Source: Fidelibacterota bacterium (GTDB taxonomy: Bacteria; Fidelibacterota; Marinisomatia; Marinisomatales; JAADGP01). From it: 60,511 nt of DNA. The DNA lies in NCBI GenBank assembly GCA_027021785.1, contig JALUTR010000086.1, positions 1 through 60,511 on the forward strand, in the 5' to 3' direction. Made by a program: the position numbers and the translations under genes. Under the pieces are notes generated by a model. It did not search any database and was not told the origin of the DNA. It worked only from the letters and a program-made list of their open reading frames with translations. This document shows, piece after piece, positions 39,354-50,035 of this stretch. Numbering within the stretch: the first letter of the stretch is position 1; every line of letters starts with the position of its first letter.

Positions 39354-40529
39354 CTATAAATACGATTTCAATTTATCCACCATGTCCGTCTTTTCCCATG
39401 AGAAGTTGTTGCCGTTACGGCCGAAGTGCCCGTAAGCGGCGGTGGGACGATAGCGTGGCTTTTTCAGGTCCAAATGTTTGATAATTTCCGCCGGTTTCAA
39501 GGGGAATACTTCGCGGACTATTTCCGTTAATTGTTCATCGCTGAAGGGACCGGTATTGAACGATTGAACGTATAACGAAATGGGTTCGGCAATGCCGATA
39601 CTGTAAGATAATTGAACTTCGCATTTATCGGCCAACCCGGCGGCAACGATATTCTTGGCAATGTAGCGCGCCATGTAGGTAGCCGATCGATCGACTTTCG
39701 AAGGGTCTTTCCCGGAGAAGGCCCCGCCGCCGTGGGGGGCATATCCGCCATAGGTATCCACAATAATTTTCCGTCCGGTCAATCCGGTATCCGCCTGTGG
39801 GCCACCCTCTACGAACCGGCCGGTACCGTTTACAATAAAATCACGGTCATAAGCAATTTGCTGTGCTTCCAGGACCGGAATAATCACATGTTCGACCACT
39901 TCCCGCTGTACAAAGTCGTGTTCTTTTTCCTCGGTGCCAAAACGGGGCAGCATATCGGCATGTTGGGTGGCGATAACTACTTTCGCGACTTTTGTCGGCC
40001 GGCCGTTCTCATAGATCACACTAACCTGCGATTTACCATCCGGCCCCAACCAGGATAATTCCCCGTTCTTGCGCAACGTGGCCAGGCGTTCCGTCAGGCG
40101 ATGCGCCAGTTGAATCGGCAGGGGCATTAATTCCGGGGTTTCGCGACAGGCGAAACCGAACATCAGACCCTGATCTCCGGCGCCCTGTTCACGATCGTCT
40201 CCGGCATCGACGCCCTGGGCGATCTGGGGACTTTGTTCATGAATGGAAGTGATGACTTTAACCGATTCGTCTTCCATGCCATAGGCAACATCGGTATAAC
40301 CAATTTGTCGCAAAGTATCCTTTACGACGCGCTCAACTTCCACGAACCCATTCGTGGAAATTTCACCACTCACCACAACCAATCCTTTGGTAGCCAAAGT
40401 TTCACAGGCAACCCGCGAATCCGGATCCTGTGCGATCAATTCATCAAGAACCGCATCCGATATGGCATCGCACACCTTATCGGGGTGTCCTTCCGTTACC
40501 GATTCTGAGGTAAAAAGAAATCGACTCAT
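39354..40529 (-). CDS. metK: S-adenosylmethionine synthetase
   Basis: 391 aa with [23 protein letters not shown] and the [16 protein letters not shown] motifs. Confidence 0.97.
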   Translation of the reverse strand: MSRFLFTSESVTEGHPDKVCDAISDAVLDELIAQDPDSRVACETLATKGLVVVSGEISTNGFVEVERVVKDTLRQIGYTDVAYGMEDESVKVITSIHEQSPQIAQGVDAGDDREQGAGDQGLMFGFACRETPELMPLPIQLAHRLTERLATLRKNGELSWLGPDGKSQVSVIYENGRPTKVAKVVIATQHADMLPRFGTEEKEHDFVQREVVEHVIIPVLEAQQIAYDRDFIVNGTGRFVEGGPQADTGLTGRKIIVDTYGGYAPHGGGAFSGKDPSKVDRSATYMARYIAKNIVAAGLADKCEVQLSYSIGIAEPISLYVQSFNTGPFSDEQLTEIVREVFPLKPAEIIKHLDLKKPRYRPTAAYGHFGRNGNNFSWEKTDMVDKLKSYL

Positions 40530-40645
40530 TCTAACTCCGTGTGTTTTAATTATACAAGAAAGGAAAGTTAATGTCTTTTGGCGCTATACTCCAATATTAT
40601 TGCCACCCACCATCCCGGATTATTTTCCGGCTTAACCGATCCAAT

Positions 40646-41560
40646 CTAACAGTATTCCGAACCGTCACCGGCTACGATCCGGTGTGAGAATTGCTGTCGC
40701 TTCAGCGTTGCGCCCTCCAGGACGATGCTGTCGCTTACCCGGCAATCAATCAGTGTGCAATTATCCATAATCGTTACAAACGGACCGATAACGGAATGTT
40801 CAATCGTACAGCCTTTACCGATATAAACCGGTTCGTTAATTGTTACACCGGGATACTCATCATGGACAGGTTTCAACAATTTCCGGTTGGTCTCCAGATA
40901 CGTGTCGGGAACACCGGTATCGTACCATTCATCCATTAAATAGGCTTCGAACAATTCTCCCTGTTCAAGCATGATTGAGAAGGCATCGGTTATTTGATAT
41001 TCCCCTTTGGTGCGAATGTCCCGGGAGATTAATTGTTCAATGGCTTGTTTCAATTTCCGCTGACTGTAGAAATAATACAGACCCGTAATCGCCAAATTGC
41101 TGGGTGGGTCCTTCACCTTTTCGTGAAACCGGATTATCCGTTTTCCCTGCAATTCCACGATTCCGAAACGCGATGGTTCGTCCACTTCCCCCACGGAAAT
41201 TATATTTTTCCCCGGGGTCATTATAGTATCCGGATTAATGTCAAAAATTGTATCGCCCAGTTGAACCAACACCGGTTCATCTTCGTCGGACAATCCGTGG
41301 AGCACGGCGTGGCCTAATCCGAGGCGTTCCTTTTGCTTAATATAAACAAAATTGCCCGTATGTTTTTTCATATGGGCAATGACCTGCTCCCCCAGGTGAC
41401 CAATAATGAATGTAATGTCATTCACACCGCAGGCCAATAGTGGTTCCACGATATGATCCAGGGTCGTTTTACCCGCAACGGGTAATAACGTCTTATGAGT
41501 TTTTTCGGTATGGGGACGTAATCGGGTCCCACAACCCGCTACAGGTAATATCGCTTTCAT
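40646..41560 (-). CDS. sugar-1-phosphate nucleotidyltransferase with C-terminal left-handed beta-helix
   Basis: 304 aa with the N-terminal LPVAGCGTRLRP..LLPV NTP-transferase motif and hexapeptide-like repeats at the C-terminus. Sugar specificity is not assignable. Confidence 0.82.
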   Translation of the reverse strand: MKAILPVAGCGTRLRPHTEKTHKTLLPVAGKTTLDHIVEPLLACGVNDITFIIGHLGEQVIAHMKKHTGNFVYIKQKERLGLGHAVLHGLSDEDEPVLVQLGDTIFDINPDTIMTPGKNIISVGEVDEPSRFGIVELQGKRIIRFHEKVKDPPSNLAITGLYYFYSQRKLKQAIEQLISRDIRTKGEYQITDAFSIMLEQGELFEAYLMDEWYDTGVPDTYLETNRKLLKPVHDEYPGVTINEPVYIGKGCTIEHSVIGPFVTIMDNCTLIDCRVSDSIVLEGATLKRQQFSHRIVAGDGSEYC

Positions 41561-41589
41561 CTATATGTCACAAATGATAGGTCGGTTGT

Positions 41590-41877
41590 TTAATATTTAT
41601 TCATCTTTTCCTTAATTTTGGAAACACGGGCAATCATTTTATCCACCGCATGATCAATGGATTTGGTAACATTATCAGTGGTTTCTTTGACGTTGAGTTT
41701 CCGCTGGGGAACCGAAAGATTGATCTCCGTAGTGTAGTGATTGTTATCGCGGTATAGAATCACCTGGCATTGGATGGCACGGTTGTAAAACTTGGTAATC
41801 CGTTGTACTTCTTTTTCGGCATATTCCCTGAGATTGTCCGGGGCATGGAAATGTCGGGCTGTGAATTCAACGTTCAA
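41590..41877 (-). CDS. hpf: ribosome hibernation promoting factor (short HPF/RaiA family)
   Basis: 95 aa. The N-terminus MNVEFTARHFHAPDNLREYAEKEVQRITKFY is typical of sigma-54 modulation protein/HPF. Confidence 0.87.
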   Translation of the reverse strand: MNVEFTARHFHAPDNLREYAEKEVQRITKFYNRAIQCQVILYRDNNHYTTEINLSVPQRKLNVKETTDNVTKSIDHAVDKMIARVSKIKEKMNKY

Positions 41878-41901
41878 GGCTACCTCCCTTTCTTGGGTTT
41901 T

Positions 41902-43503
41902 TCAGTTTGAAATTGGTCCTGCGTTTCTGATAATTGGATCGCCCAGATCATATTTCTCAAAATTCTTCCGGAACTTGGCAACCAATTCTTTCGCGGTAGC
42001 ATGGTACTCCGACTCATCTTTCCAGGCTTCGAGCGGAATGAGCAGATCGGAACCGATGTTTTGCAGCGCTGTAGGAACTTGCACACCAAAATAAGGATCT
42101 GTCTGAAATTCCGCTTTTTCAATGCTACCGTTTAATATCGCGCGTATTATCTGCCTGGTAATTGGTAACTTGATTCTTTTCGCACCGGAACCGGCATTGG
42201 CTCCCACCCATCCGGTGTTTACCAAATAGGCAGACACATTATGTTTATTCATCAGTTCCCTTAAAAGTTCCGCATATTTCAAGGGATGAAGAGTCAAAAA
42301 CGGCCCCCCATAACAGGGCGAAAAAGTCGCGACCGGTTCGGTCACACCGCGTTCGGTTCCCGCCACTTTGGCGGTATAGCCGCTGATAAAGTGGTACATG
42401 GCCTGCTCCGGTGAAAGTTTTGCCACCGGTGGCAATACGCCGTAAGCATCACAGGCCAAAAAGATAATCGTATTGGGATGACCGGCCACACTGGGTTGTC
42501 CCTTGGCCGCCAATGAATTGTCTATGAACTCAATGGGGTAACAAAGCCGGGTATTCTCGGTCTTGGTCTTGTCGGAGAAGTCAATTATCCGTGTTTCAGG
42601 ATCAAAGACGACATTTTCAGCTAAGGTGCCGTGTTTGATGGTGTTGTATATTTCCGGTTCCTGTTCCGGGTCCAGATCAATCGCCTTCGCATAGCATCCC
42701 CCCTCGAAATTGAAGATACCATCGTCGGACCATCCATGTTCGTCGTCCCCGATTAAGGGCCGTTCGGGATCGGTGCTTAAGGTGGTTTTCCCGGTTCCCG
42801 AAAGACCGAAAAAGAGAGCCGGTCTTCCTCCGTTCTGATCGACATTGGCCGAGCAATGCATGGATAAAACACCCTTCCGGGGCAAATAATAATGCATCAC
42901 CGAGAAGATCCCCTTCTTCATTTCACCGCCGTATTCCGTTCCACCAATAATCGCCAGGCGTTTCTTTAGGTTAAAGATGATAAACGTTTCGGAATTATGC
43001 CCGTGTTTTTCCCAATCTTCATCGATAACATCGGAAGCGTTGATAATTGTAAAATCGGGAACAAAGTTTTTCAGTTCCGCCCGTTCGGGTCGGATAAACA
43101 TATTATTCGCGAAGATGTTCTGCCAGGCTTTTTTAGCGATTATTCGCACATTGATCCGATAATCCGGATTGGCGCCGCAATAACCGTTAAATACATACGC
43201 TCCCCTGTTATCTCTGTTTTCGTTGTAATAATCGACAACTTTCGCGAATAATTCATCAAAGATTTTTTCATCCGTCGGACGGTTAACAGCTCCCCACCAA
43301 AGATTATCTTTTGAATAATCTTCTTCAACAAAATATTTATCCTGCGGACTGCGCCCCGTATACCTGCCGGTATCCACCATTAATACTCCCCGCATACCTA
43401 ATTTACCCTCATTCCAACGAATCGCATCCTCGATCAGTTGTTCGGGAGTTTGGTTCACTTTTATTTCGCCAATATCTGTTAATCCAAGTTTCTCTAAAGT
43501 CAT
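41902..43503 (-). CDS. pckA: phosphoenolpyruvate carboxykinase (ATP)
   Basis: 533 aa with the kinase-1a motif GLSGTGKTTLS, IGDDEHGW and overall PckA length. Confidence 0.96.
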   Translation of the reverse strand: MTLEKLGLTDIGEIKVNQTPEQLIEDAIRWNEGKLGMRGVLMVDTGRYTGRSPQDKYFVEEDYSKDNLWWGAVNRPTDEKIFDELFAKVVDYYNENRDNRGAYVFNGYCGANPDYRINVRIIAKKAWQNIFANNMFIRPERAELKNFVPDFTIINASDVIDEDWEKHGHNSETFIIFNLKKRLAIIGGTEYGGEMKKGIFSVMHYYLPRKGVLSMHCSANVDQNGGRPALFFGLSGTGKTTLSTDPERPLIGDDEHGWSDDGIFNFEGGCYAKAIDLDPEQEPEIYNTIKHGTLAENVVFDPETRIIDFSDKTKTENTRLCYPIEFIDNSLAAKGQPSVAGHPNTIIFLACDAYGVLPPVAKLSPEQAMYHFISGYTAKVAGTERGVTEPVATFSPCYGGPFLTLHPLKYAELLRELMNKHNVSAYLVNTGWVGANAGSGAKRIKLPITRQIIRAILNGSIEKAEFQTDPYFGVQVPTALQNIGSDLLIPLEAWKDESEYHATAKELVAKFRKNFEKYDLGDPIIRNAGPISN

Positions 43504-43511
43504 GGTTTCCT

Positions 43512-44438
43512 CTATTTTGTTCCATGTGGATGGGCTTGTTCATGTATTTTCTTCATCCGGTCGGGTTGGATATGCGTATAGACCTGAGTGGATGAAAGGC
43601 TGCTGTGACCCAGCAGATCCTTTACCGCGCGAATATCCGCCCCGTGATCCATTAGGTGTGTTGCAAAGGTGTGGCGCAATGTGTGTGGTCCCATCCGTTC
43701 CCCTTCGGCCACCAATCGCAAATATTTTCTGATATTTTTCTGTATAGCGCTGGGAGTCAGTCGCCGCTCTCTTGTATTTACAAACAGTGGTATCTCGGCC
43801 TGAGCGGTATTAAAATAGATACCTCGTTTATGAAAATAATTATTTAAAGCAACCTGAGCACGATCACCGTAGGGAATCAGCCGCTCCTTATCGCCTTTTC
43901 CCCTTACTTTCACTAACCGATCGTTAATATTAAAGTCACCAACGTTTAAATTTACCAGTTCACTCAATCGCATACCAGTGCTATAAAACAATTCCAGAAT
44001 GGCGCGGTCACGAAGACCGATAAATGTATTTCCCTTCGGTGCGGTCATAATCGCCTCAATAATTTTTTCACTGAAATAAACAGGTAGTGTTTTCGGGGTC
44101 TTCGGCGTCTTCACATGGATCGCCGGGTTTTCGGGAATCGCCTCGGATCGTACCAGATATTTAAATAAGGATTTAATCGAGGCCAAACGACGCGCAACCG
44201 TGCGGCTGGACAACCCGGCTTCAAATTCGTGACCTAAAAACATACGGATATCGCCTTTGTTAATATCGTTAAAATCCGATTGTTCCCTGACGGTTCGCAT
44301 AAATTTTATAAAACGGCTTAAATCCAGTTTATATGCTGTTAATGTATGGGTTGAAAATCCGCGCTCTTTTTCCAGATATCGTAAAAAATCCGCTATTATT
44401 TCCTCTTGGTGATCAGTCATAAGATGAAAGTTCATCAA
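43512..44438 (-). CDS. tyrosine recombinase, XerC/XerD family
   Basis: 308 aa with an N-terminal SAM-like core-binding domain and the catalytic pattern ..HTLRHTFATHL..LGHSSLSSTQVYTH. The start may be a few codons downstream because the ORF overlaps the rluD end. Confidence 0.9.
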   Translation of the reverse strand: MMNFHLMTDHQEEIIADFLRYLEKERGFSTHTLTAYKLDLSRFIKFMRTVREQSDFNDINKGDIRMFLGHEFEAGLSSRTVARRLASIKSLFKYLVRSEAIPENPAIHVKTPKTPKTLPVYFSEKIIEAIMTAPKGNTFIGLRDRAILELFYSTGMRLSELVNLNVGDFNINDRLVKVRGKGDKERLIPYGDRAQVALNNYFHKRGIYFNTAQAEIPLFVNTRERRLTPSAIQKNIRKYLRLVAEGERMGPHTLRHTFATHLMDHGADIRAVKDLLGHSSLSSTQVYTHIQPDRMKKIHEQAHPHGTK

Positions 44439-45375
44439 TAACCAACATCATATCATCCGGTATATCCGAATGAAATAATAATCGTTCACCGGATACGGGA
44501 TGGTTCAGGGACAACTCCGCCGCATGCAACGCGTGACGCCCCAGCGAATTTATCAATTTTTGCAATTTTTTTGAAACTTCAGGAATAAATCCCTTAATCC
44601 TTGTTTTCCCCCCTCCATATTTTTCATCCCCAAATATGGGATGACCCAAAAATGCCGAATGCACCCTTATTTGATGAGTCCTTCCTGTCTTCGGGGTAAA
44701 TATTACCTCGCTGACATATCGTAAACTTCGTTTAACGGCAAACCCCGTCTGGGCGGACCGTCCCCACTCGGCCACTGTGAAAATTGTGGGGTCGCTTCTT
44801 TTCCGCGCAATCGGCTCATCGATCCGTCCCGAATCCTCTTTCCATGTTCCCCAGGTGATGCCGATGTAGGATTTCCCGATCGTTCGATTGCGAAATTGAT
44901 CGGAGAGGTTCACATGAGCGGCATTGTTTTTTGCGACGACCATCAAACCGGAAGTATCCCGGTCCAGGCGATGAACAATGCCCGGTCTTAACGGTCCATA
45001 GACGCTGGATAAGGAACGGAAATGATAAACCAAGGCGTTCACCAAAGTACCGTCGGGATTGCCGGTTCCGGGATGAACGACCAATCCGGCAGGCTTATTT
45101 ATAATGACGATATCTTCGTCTTCATAAACAACCGAAAGAGGAATATCCTGCGGTTCGACCCGAATCGGTGTTTGCGGAAATTCGGGAAGCTCAACCTGGA
45201 TCCATTCACCACCCTCAAGCCGGTAACCGGGGCGCTTAATAACGCCGTCAACGGTTACATGATTTGTTTTGATAAGTTTTTGTAATTGGGTGCGTGAATA
45301 TGCGGTTAAACACTTCGACAGGTACAGGTCAAGCCTTGTACCGGGTTCTTCCACATGGAACAATACTTTACTCAA
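44413..45375 (-). CDS. rluD: 23S rRNA pseudouridine synthase, RluD subfamily
   Basis: 320 aa with an S4-like N-terminus and the HRLDRDTSGLMV catalytic motif. Confidence 0.9.
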   Translation of the reverse strand: MSKVLFHVEEPGTRLDLYLSKCLTAYSRTQLQKLIKTNHVTVDGVIKRPGYRLEGGEWIQVELPEFPQTPIRVEPQDIPLSVVYEDEDIVIINKPAGLVVHPGTGNPDGTLVNALVYHFRSLSSVYGPLRPGIVHRLDRDTSGLMVVAKNNAAHVNLSDQFRNRTIGKSYIGITWGTWKEDSGRIDEPIARKRSDPTIFTVAEWGRSAQTGFAVKRSLRYVSEVIFTPKTGRTHQIRVHSAFLGHPIFGDEKYGGGKTRIKGFIPEVSKKLQKLINSLGRHALHAAELSLNHPVSGERLLFHSDIPDDMMLVIDELSSYD

Positions 45376-45902
45376 CTATCCCCGGAAGACACTTCGGTTT
45401 TCGGTTGAATGAAAAAGGAATAAATTAAAAAAATTATCATCCCTATGGTGACGGATGCATCAGCCAGGTTAAATATATACCAATGATAACTACCAAACAT
45501 GAAATCCATGAAATCGGTCACTTCGCCTAAAAATAAGCGATCGATCAAATTCCCGATCGCGCCGGCTAAAATCATCGCCAATGACAATCGCAATAAAAAA
45601 TCCCCTTTACGTTCAAGCCAGATATACCAGATCAACACGACCGTCATTATCGCGGATGCGGTAGTAAAAAAATAAATTCCTCCCGGAAAATCAATCCCAA
45701 AGGCCATTCCCTTATTGGTGACATAGGTCAGATGGAAAAAATTATTTATCACCGGAACGGATTCATAAAGATCCATATAGGTCCGGGTCAAATATTTAGT
45801 AAACTGGTCAATTACCAGGATAATTCCGGTGACGAATAATACTCTCATTGGATACAGCGAGGATAGCCCTCCCTTCCTTATACGTTCAACATAAACGGAC
45901 AT
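45372..45902 (-). CDS. lspA: lipoprotein signal peptidase II
   Basis: 176 aa with four TM segments and the NKGMAFG and FNLADASV motifs. The start may be the internal Met at 45848. Confidence 0.88.
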   Translation of the reverse strand: MSVYVERIRKGGLSSLYPMRVLFVTGIILVIDQFTKYLTRTYMDLYESVPVINNFFHLTYVTNKGMAFGIDFPGGIYFFTTASAIMTVVLIWYIWLERKGDFLLRLSLAMILAGAIGNLIDRLFLGEVTDFMDFMFGSYHWYIFNLADASVTIGMIIFLIYSFFIQPKTEVSSGDS

Positions 45903-46049
45903 ACCGGTCTTTTCCTACCACAAAAAAGGCGGAGCCATTTGTTGCCGGTTGTTACCGACATGATTTGATTCGAAATACAATGGAAGAATTTAATTCGACT
46001 GCTTACGTTTTTTACTGGAGGATCTGGTCCGCCCGGTTATGGCAATAAT

Positions 46050-46454
46050 CTATATCAGGTTTAATTTCTCTTTGGTTTTACAATCCACACATTTCGTCGC
46101 ATTCGGCACTTCCAGTATCCTTTCGTAGGGAATCAAATCACCACAAATCTGACAAACGCCGAAATCCTCCTGTTCAATTCTTTCCAGGGCCATTTCCAGA
46201 TTCCGGTAATAGCTGTTTTCCCGCGTCATTAACAAATAATTTTTCTCCCGTTCATGAGAATCGGTTCCGGCATCGGCCATATGCAAGCTGTAAATTGAAT
46301 CCGGTGATAAACTGGTATTCGTCGGACCGGTATCACTGATGCCATCCTTGATCTCGCCCATTTCATAAGCCACCTGATCCATGCGGTTCAATATGGCCTT
46401 TCTGATTTTATCCAATTCCGATTTTGTATAACGTTTTTTCTTTGTCATATTCAC
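46050..46454 (-). CDS. DksA/TraR-family C4 zinc-finger protein
   Basis: 134 aa with the CQICGDLIPYERILEVPNATKCVDCK zinc finger. It lies between ileS and lspA. Confidence 0.82.
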   Translation of the reverse strand: MNMTKKKRYTKSELDKIRKAILNRMDQVAYEMGEIKDGISDTGPTNTSLSPDSIYSLHMADAGTDSHEREKNYLLMTRENSYYRNLEMALERIEQEDFGVCQICGDLIPYERILEVPNATKCVDCKTKEKLNLI

Positions 46455-46457
46455 CTC

Positions 46458-49400
46458 TCAAGCCTTTGTTGCTCTCTGAATTCCCAAGGTAATTGTCTCT
46501 TCCCGTATTTTAAAGGTAGATTGGTATTCACCCGGTTTAAACTGGTTTTCCATTGAAACCGTCAATGTTTCGTTGCAAAAATATTCCTGAAATTCCTTCA
46601 TCGCCTTACCAATCTGTCCGTCAAACGAACCATATACGATGATACGATCTTCAACCGCGAAACCTGCATTTTTACGCATGATTTGAACTTGTCGAATTAT
46701 ATCGCGGACAATTCCTTCCTTTATCAGGGATTCATCTAATCGCGTGGAGAGTCCGACAGTAAGACCTTCGCTGGTAGCGGATGTAAACCCTTCTGCCGAT
46801 TCAACTTCAACAATTATATCATCGGACGTAAGATTGAATTTACCGGCGGGCGTATCCAGGGAGACTTCTCCCTGCTTTTGAAGTTGATTAACGACTTCCA
46901 TAGGGGATTCTTCAGAAAGAGCTTTTTGAATGACGGGAAGCGCTTTCCCATAGGTTTTTCCCATAACGGCAAGGTTTGGTCTGATACGATATATTATCAA
47001 TTCCTCAATATTATCAAACCGTTCAATATACTTAACATTTAATTCATCCAGAACAACTGATTGCTGTTCCAGGATAAAGTCGGCCAGATGATCGTCCTGT
47101 ACTACAAAACACAATTTAGCCAATGGTTGCCGTATTTTGATATTGGCTTTATTCCTGGCAGAACGACCCAACTCCACCAACTTTTTCAGCGCGTCGACGC
47201 GCTGCATTAATTGATCATCAATGTATCCGGTATTCGCGACCGGATATTCACACAGATGAACACTTTCGGGTACGGTTTCGTCCACCCCTACCGCCAGGTT
47301 CTGATATATTTCCTCTGTAACGAAGGGGATGATCGGAGCCAGTAATTTACTGGTGGTAAGCAATACATCGTACAATGTGTGGTACGCTGTCTGCTTGTCC
47401 ATATCGTCTTCACTCTTCCAAAAACGGCGGCGGTTACGCCGAATGTACCAGTTAGACAAATCCTCCAGGAAACGTTCCACTTTGCGCATGAATTTATCCA
47501 CCTGGTACTCGCTGAACGCCTTATGAGCCTCCTGAATCAACAAATGCAGCTTCGACCTAATCCACCGATCAAGGACTGTTAAATCACTATCGGAAACAGA
47601 GGATTTCGTCGGATCAAAGCCGTCCACGGCGGCATAAGTCGCAAAAAATGAATAGGTGTTCCATAAGGTAATTAATTTTTTGCGCACATCGTTGGCTGTT
47701 CCATATCCGAACAGGAGGTTATGTTCCACATTTTGTGATCCATAAATCCAGCGCATTACATCGACGCCCATTTTCTCAGCCGCATCGTCGAACCAGATAG
47801 CGTTTCCCCATGATTTATGCATATCACGACCGGTTTCGTCTTTCACCATGGCATGTCCCAATAAGGTCTTGAAGGGGGGTTCGTTTTCCATGATGGTTGA
47901 CATTGCCAACAAAGAATAAAACCAATTTCGGAATTGTCCCGGGAACGATTCCGTCACAAAATCAGCCGGAAACCATTGTCGCCAATATTCCCGGTCAGTT
48001 GTGTATTTCAGGGTTGAGTAAGGCACGATACCGGCATCCAACCAGGGATTCCCCACATCGGGAATACGATTGCCGATCAGTCCCGTTTGCGGATGCCTGA
48101 TTTTCACTTTATCAATCCAGGGTCGGTGGGGAGTATGTCCTTCGAACGCTTCCCAACCTTCGACCGCCAGTTTTTTCAACTCTTCTTTGGAACCGACTAC
48201 ATAAAAGGAACCGTCTTCAAAGGTCCAGATCGGTAATGCCAATCCCCAGAACCGCTTCTTGGAAATCATCCAATCGCCCATATTGTCCAGCCATTCATGT
48301 TCCCGGTCCCGGCCCCACTCGGGGATCCACTTTATCTTATCCACAATGGCCTTGATCTGATCGCGCCAGTCCATCCGGATGTACCATTCCTCCACGATCC
48401 GGAACACCAGTTCCTCACCGGATCTCCAACAATGCGGATAGATATGGGGATATTTTTCCACCTGAACCAATAACCCGCGTTTTTTCAAATCGGCGATAAT
48501 TTGTTGCCTGGTTTCGTCCACCGTGGCGCTCATTCCTTTAAGCCACCCGAATCCTTCGATAAAACGAGCCTCCTCGTCAAGAGGAGCAATGTCCACCAGC
48601 CCAAGTTTTTTTCCGATCTGGTGGTCAATATCGCCACAGCCGGGAGCGATATGGACAATACCGGTCCCCTCTCCCCCAACCACCACATCATTTCCTTCCT
48701 TGTCTTTGCCTCCATCGATAACCTTGTGGCAATCGATACCGCGAACACCCTGCTCCTGCAAATCTTTCTTTACGAACGGATACCCACCGGCGATGGACTG
48801 CGCTTCCAGATAATCAAAAGGACCTTCGTATTCCCATCCGATCATCTCCTCGCCCATAACCGATCCTTCGATCGTATATCCGCCGCGTTCCTTAAAAATC
48901 TGGGCAATGGTTTTTAGTTTCGGGACACCTTTTACCCACTGTTTCTGTTCCTTGAATTGTTTTTCCAGACGTTGATATTCCAGGTTATCAGCGGCAAAAT
49001 AATAAGTCGCCCCATCGGCTGCCCGTAATTTCACGTATTCCAAATTCCTGTTAACCGCAGCGGCGACGTTGGACGTGAGCGTCCAGGGCGTTGTTGTCCA
49101 AACCAGGAGATATTCGTTCTCACGATGTTTCAAGGGAAAACGTACGAACAGGGCATCGTGGGCAACCAACTTTCTCCCTTCGATTATCTCCATCTGGGAA
49201 TAGGAAGTGCCCGATCTGCCCGACCAGGGGACCACATCCGTTCCGCGATAAATTTTCCCCCTTTGATACAGTTTATTCAAAAACATCCAGATCGTATAAT
49301 TGTTCTCGTCGGACATGGTGTAATAGGAATTGTCCCAATCCATCCAGTAACCCAATCGGATCGATTGTTCTGTTTGTACGCCCGAATATTTAATTACCCT

Positions 49401-49769
49401 CTTCCGACAAAGGTCGATGAACTTTTCAACCCCGAATTCTTCGATATCACGCTTGGATTTAAATCCAAGTTCTTTCTCCACTTCGACTTCAACCCACAGC
49501 CCCTGACAATCAAAACCGTTTTGATAACGCAATTCATGACCGGTCATGGCTTTGTACCGCTGGTACAGGTCCTTCAGTGTCCTTCCCCAGGCATGGTGCA
49601 CACCCATCGGGTTATTGGCGGTTATGGGACCGTCAATAAAACTCCATCTGGGTTTGCCCTTGTTAAGTTGAACACGTTTCTCAAATATCCGGTTTTTCGC
49701 CCAGAAGTCTAGGACACGGTGTTCCAGGGCGATAAAATCAACTTTCGGATTTACTTTCTTTATTACCAT
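46458..49769 (-). CDS. ileS: isoleucyl-tRNA synthetase (long, type-2-like form)
   Basis: 1103 aa with the HIGH-region variant PMGVHHAWGRTLKD, a KMSKS-region variant (DMHKSWGN) and a CP1 editing domain. Confidence 0.96.
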   Translation of the reverse strand: MVIKKVNPKVDFIALEHRVLDFWAKNRIFEKRVQLNKGKPRWSFIDGPITANNPMGVHHAWGRTLKDLYQRYKAMTGHELRYQNGFDCQGLWVEVEVEKELGFKSKRDIEEFGVEKFIDLCRKRVIKYSGVQTEQSIRLGYWMDWDNSYYTMSDENNYTIWMFLNKLYQRGKIYRGTDVVPWSGRSGTSYSQMEIIEGRKLVAHDALFVRFPLKHRENEYLLVWTTTPWTLTSNVAAAVNRNLEYVKLRAADGATYYFAADNLEYQRLEKQFKEQKQWVKGVPKLKTIAQIFKERGGYTIEGSVMGEEMIGWEYEGPFDYLEAQSIAGGYPFVKKDLQEQGVRGIDCHKVIDGGKDKEGNDVVVGGEGTGIVHIAPGCGDIDHQIGKKLGLVDIAPLDEEARFIEGFGWLKGMSATVDETRQQIIADLKKRGLLVQVEKYPHIYPHCWRSGEELVFRIVEEWYIRMDWRDQIKAIVDKIKWIPEWGRDREHEWLDNMGDWMISKKRFWGLALPIWTFEDGSFYVVGSKEELKKLAVEGWEAFEGHTPHRPWIDKVKIRHPQTGLIGNRIPDVGNPWLDAGIVPYSTLKYTTDREYWRQWFPADFVTESFPGQFRNWFYSLLAMSTIMENEPPFKTLLGHAMVKDETGRDMHKSWGNAIWFDDAAEKMGVDVMRWIYGSQNVEHNLLFGYGTANDVRKKLITLWNTYSFFATYAAVDGFDPTKSSVSDSDLTVLDRWIRSKLHLLIQEAHKAFSEYQVDKFMRKVERFLEDLSNWYIRRNRRRFWKSEDDMDKQTAYHTLYDVLLTTSKLLAPIIPFVTEEIYQNLAVGVDETVPESVHLCEYPVANTGYIDDQLMQRVDALKKLVELGRSARNKANIKIRQPLAKLCFVVQDDHLADFILEQQSVVLDELNVKYIERFDNIEELIIYRIRPNLAVMGKTYGKALPVIQKALSEESPMEVVNQLQKQGEVSLDTPAGKFNLTSDDIIVEVESAEGFTSATSEGLTVGLSTRLDESLIKEGIVRDIIRQVQIMRKNAGFAVEDRIIVYGSFDGQIGKAMKEFQEYFCNETLTVSMENQFKPGEYQSTFKIREETITLGIQRATKA

Positions 49770-49985
49770 CTTCGCTTAAAATATATTGTGTAAAATTGGG
49801 ATGATACAGTTTGTAAAGTTAGTCAGATAAACCCATCTGTGCCAACCTATATAGGATGAGAATTTTACAGTTCCGGGAAAAGATTGAAACCGGCCGGGAA
49901 TAATAATCGATACGGGACAGGTCCGGCTGGCGCCGTTAAACGATTGCTACCGGCCAACAATTACCTGGTAACCACCCGGGTTAAT

Positions 49986-50014
49986 AAAAAAGCTCCCGGT
50001 CAAGGGAGCTTTTT
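49986..50014 (-). terminator. intrinsic terminator after htrA (bidirectional-looking)
   Basis: AGCTCCC-GGTCAA-GGGAGCT is flanked by A6 on one side and T5 on the other. On the minus strand it begins 22 nt after the htrA stop codon. Confidence 0.7.
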
Positions 50015-50035
50015 CTCAGACGGGACTTATGGGCG

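Noticed and set aside
40530-40645. SAM riboswitch upstream of metK
   Set aside because: The 116-nt spacer has only a short CCGGA-N6-TCCGG hairpin and a normal GGAG SD. I could see no SAM-I/II/IV/V/VI or SAM-SAH consensus elements.
43512-44438. Tyrosine recombinase as a possible marker of an integrated mobile element
   Set aside because: The protein has the XerC/XerD pattern and is embedded in a co-directional run of housekeeping genes (pckA, rluD, lspA, ileS). There is no flanking tRNA, no direct repeats and no phage or transposon cargo. It is most simply the chromosomal dimer-resolution recombinase.
49961-49985. T-box-like string (minus strand CCCGGGUGGUUACCAGG versus the T-box consensus core GGGUGGNACCGCG) upstream of ileS
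   Set aside because: It sits at the extreme 5' end of the 266-nt spacer, immediately after the htrA terminator. A T-box antiterminator would be expected next to a terminator just before the ileS start. There is one extra U, and I could find no Stem I or specifier structure.
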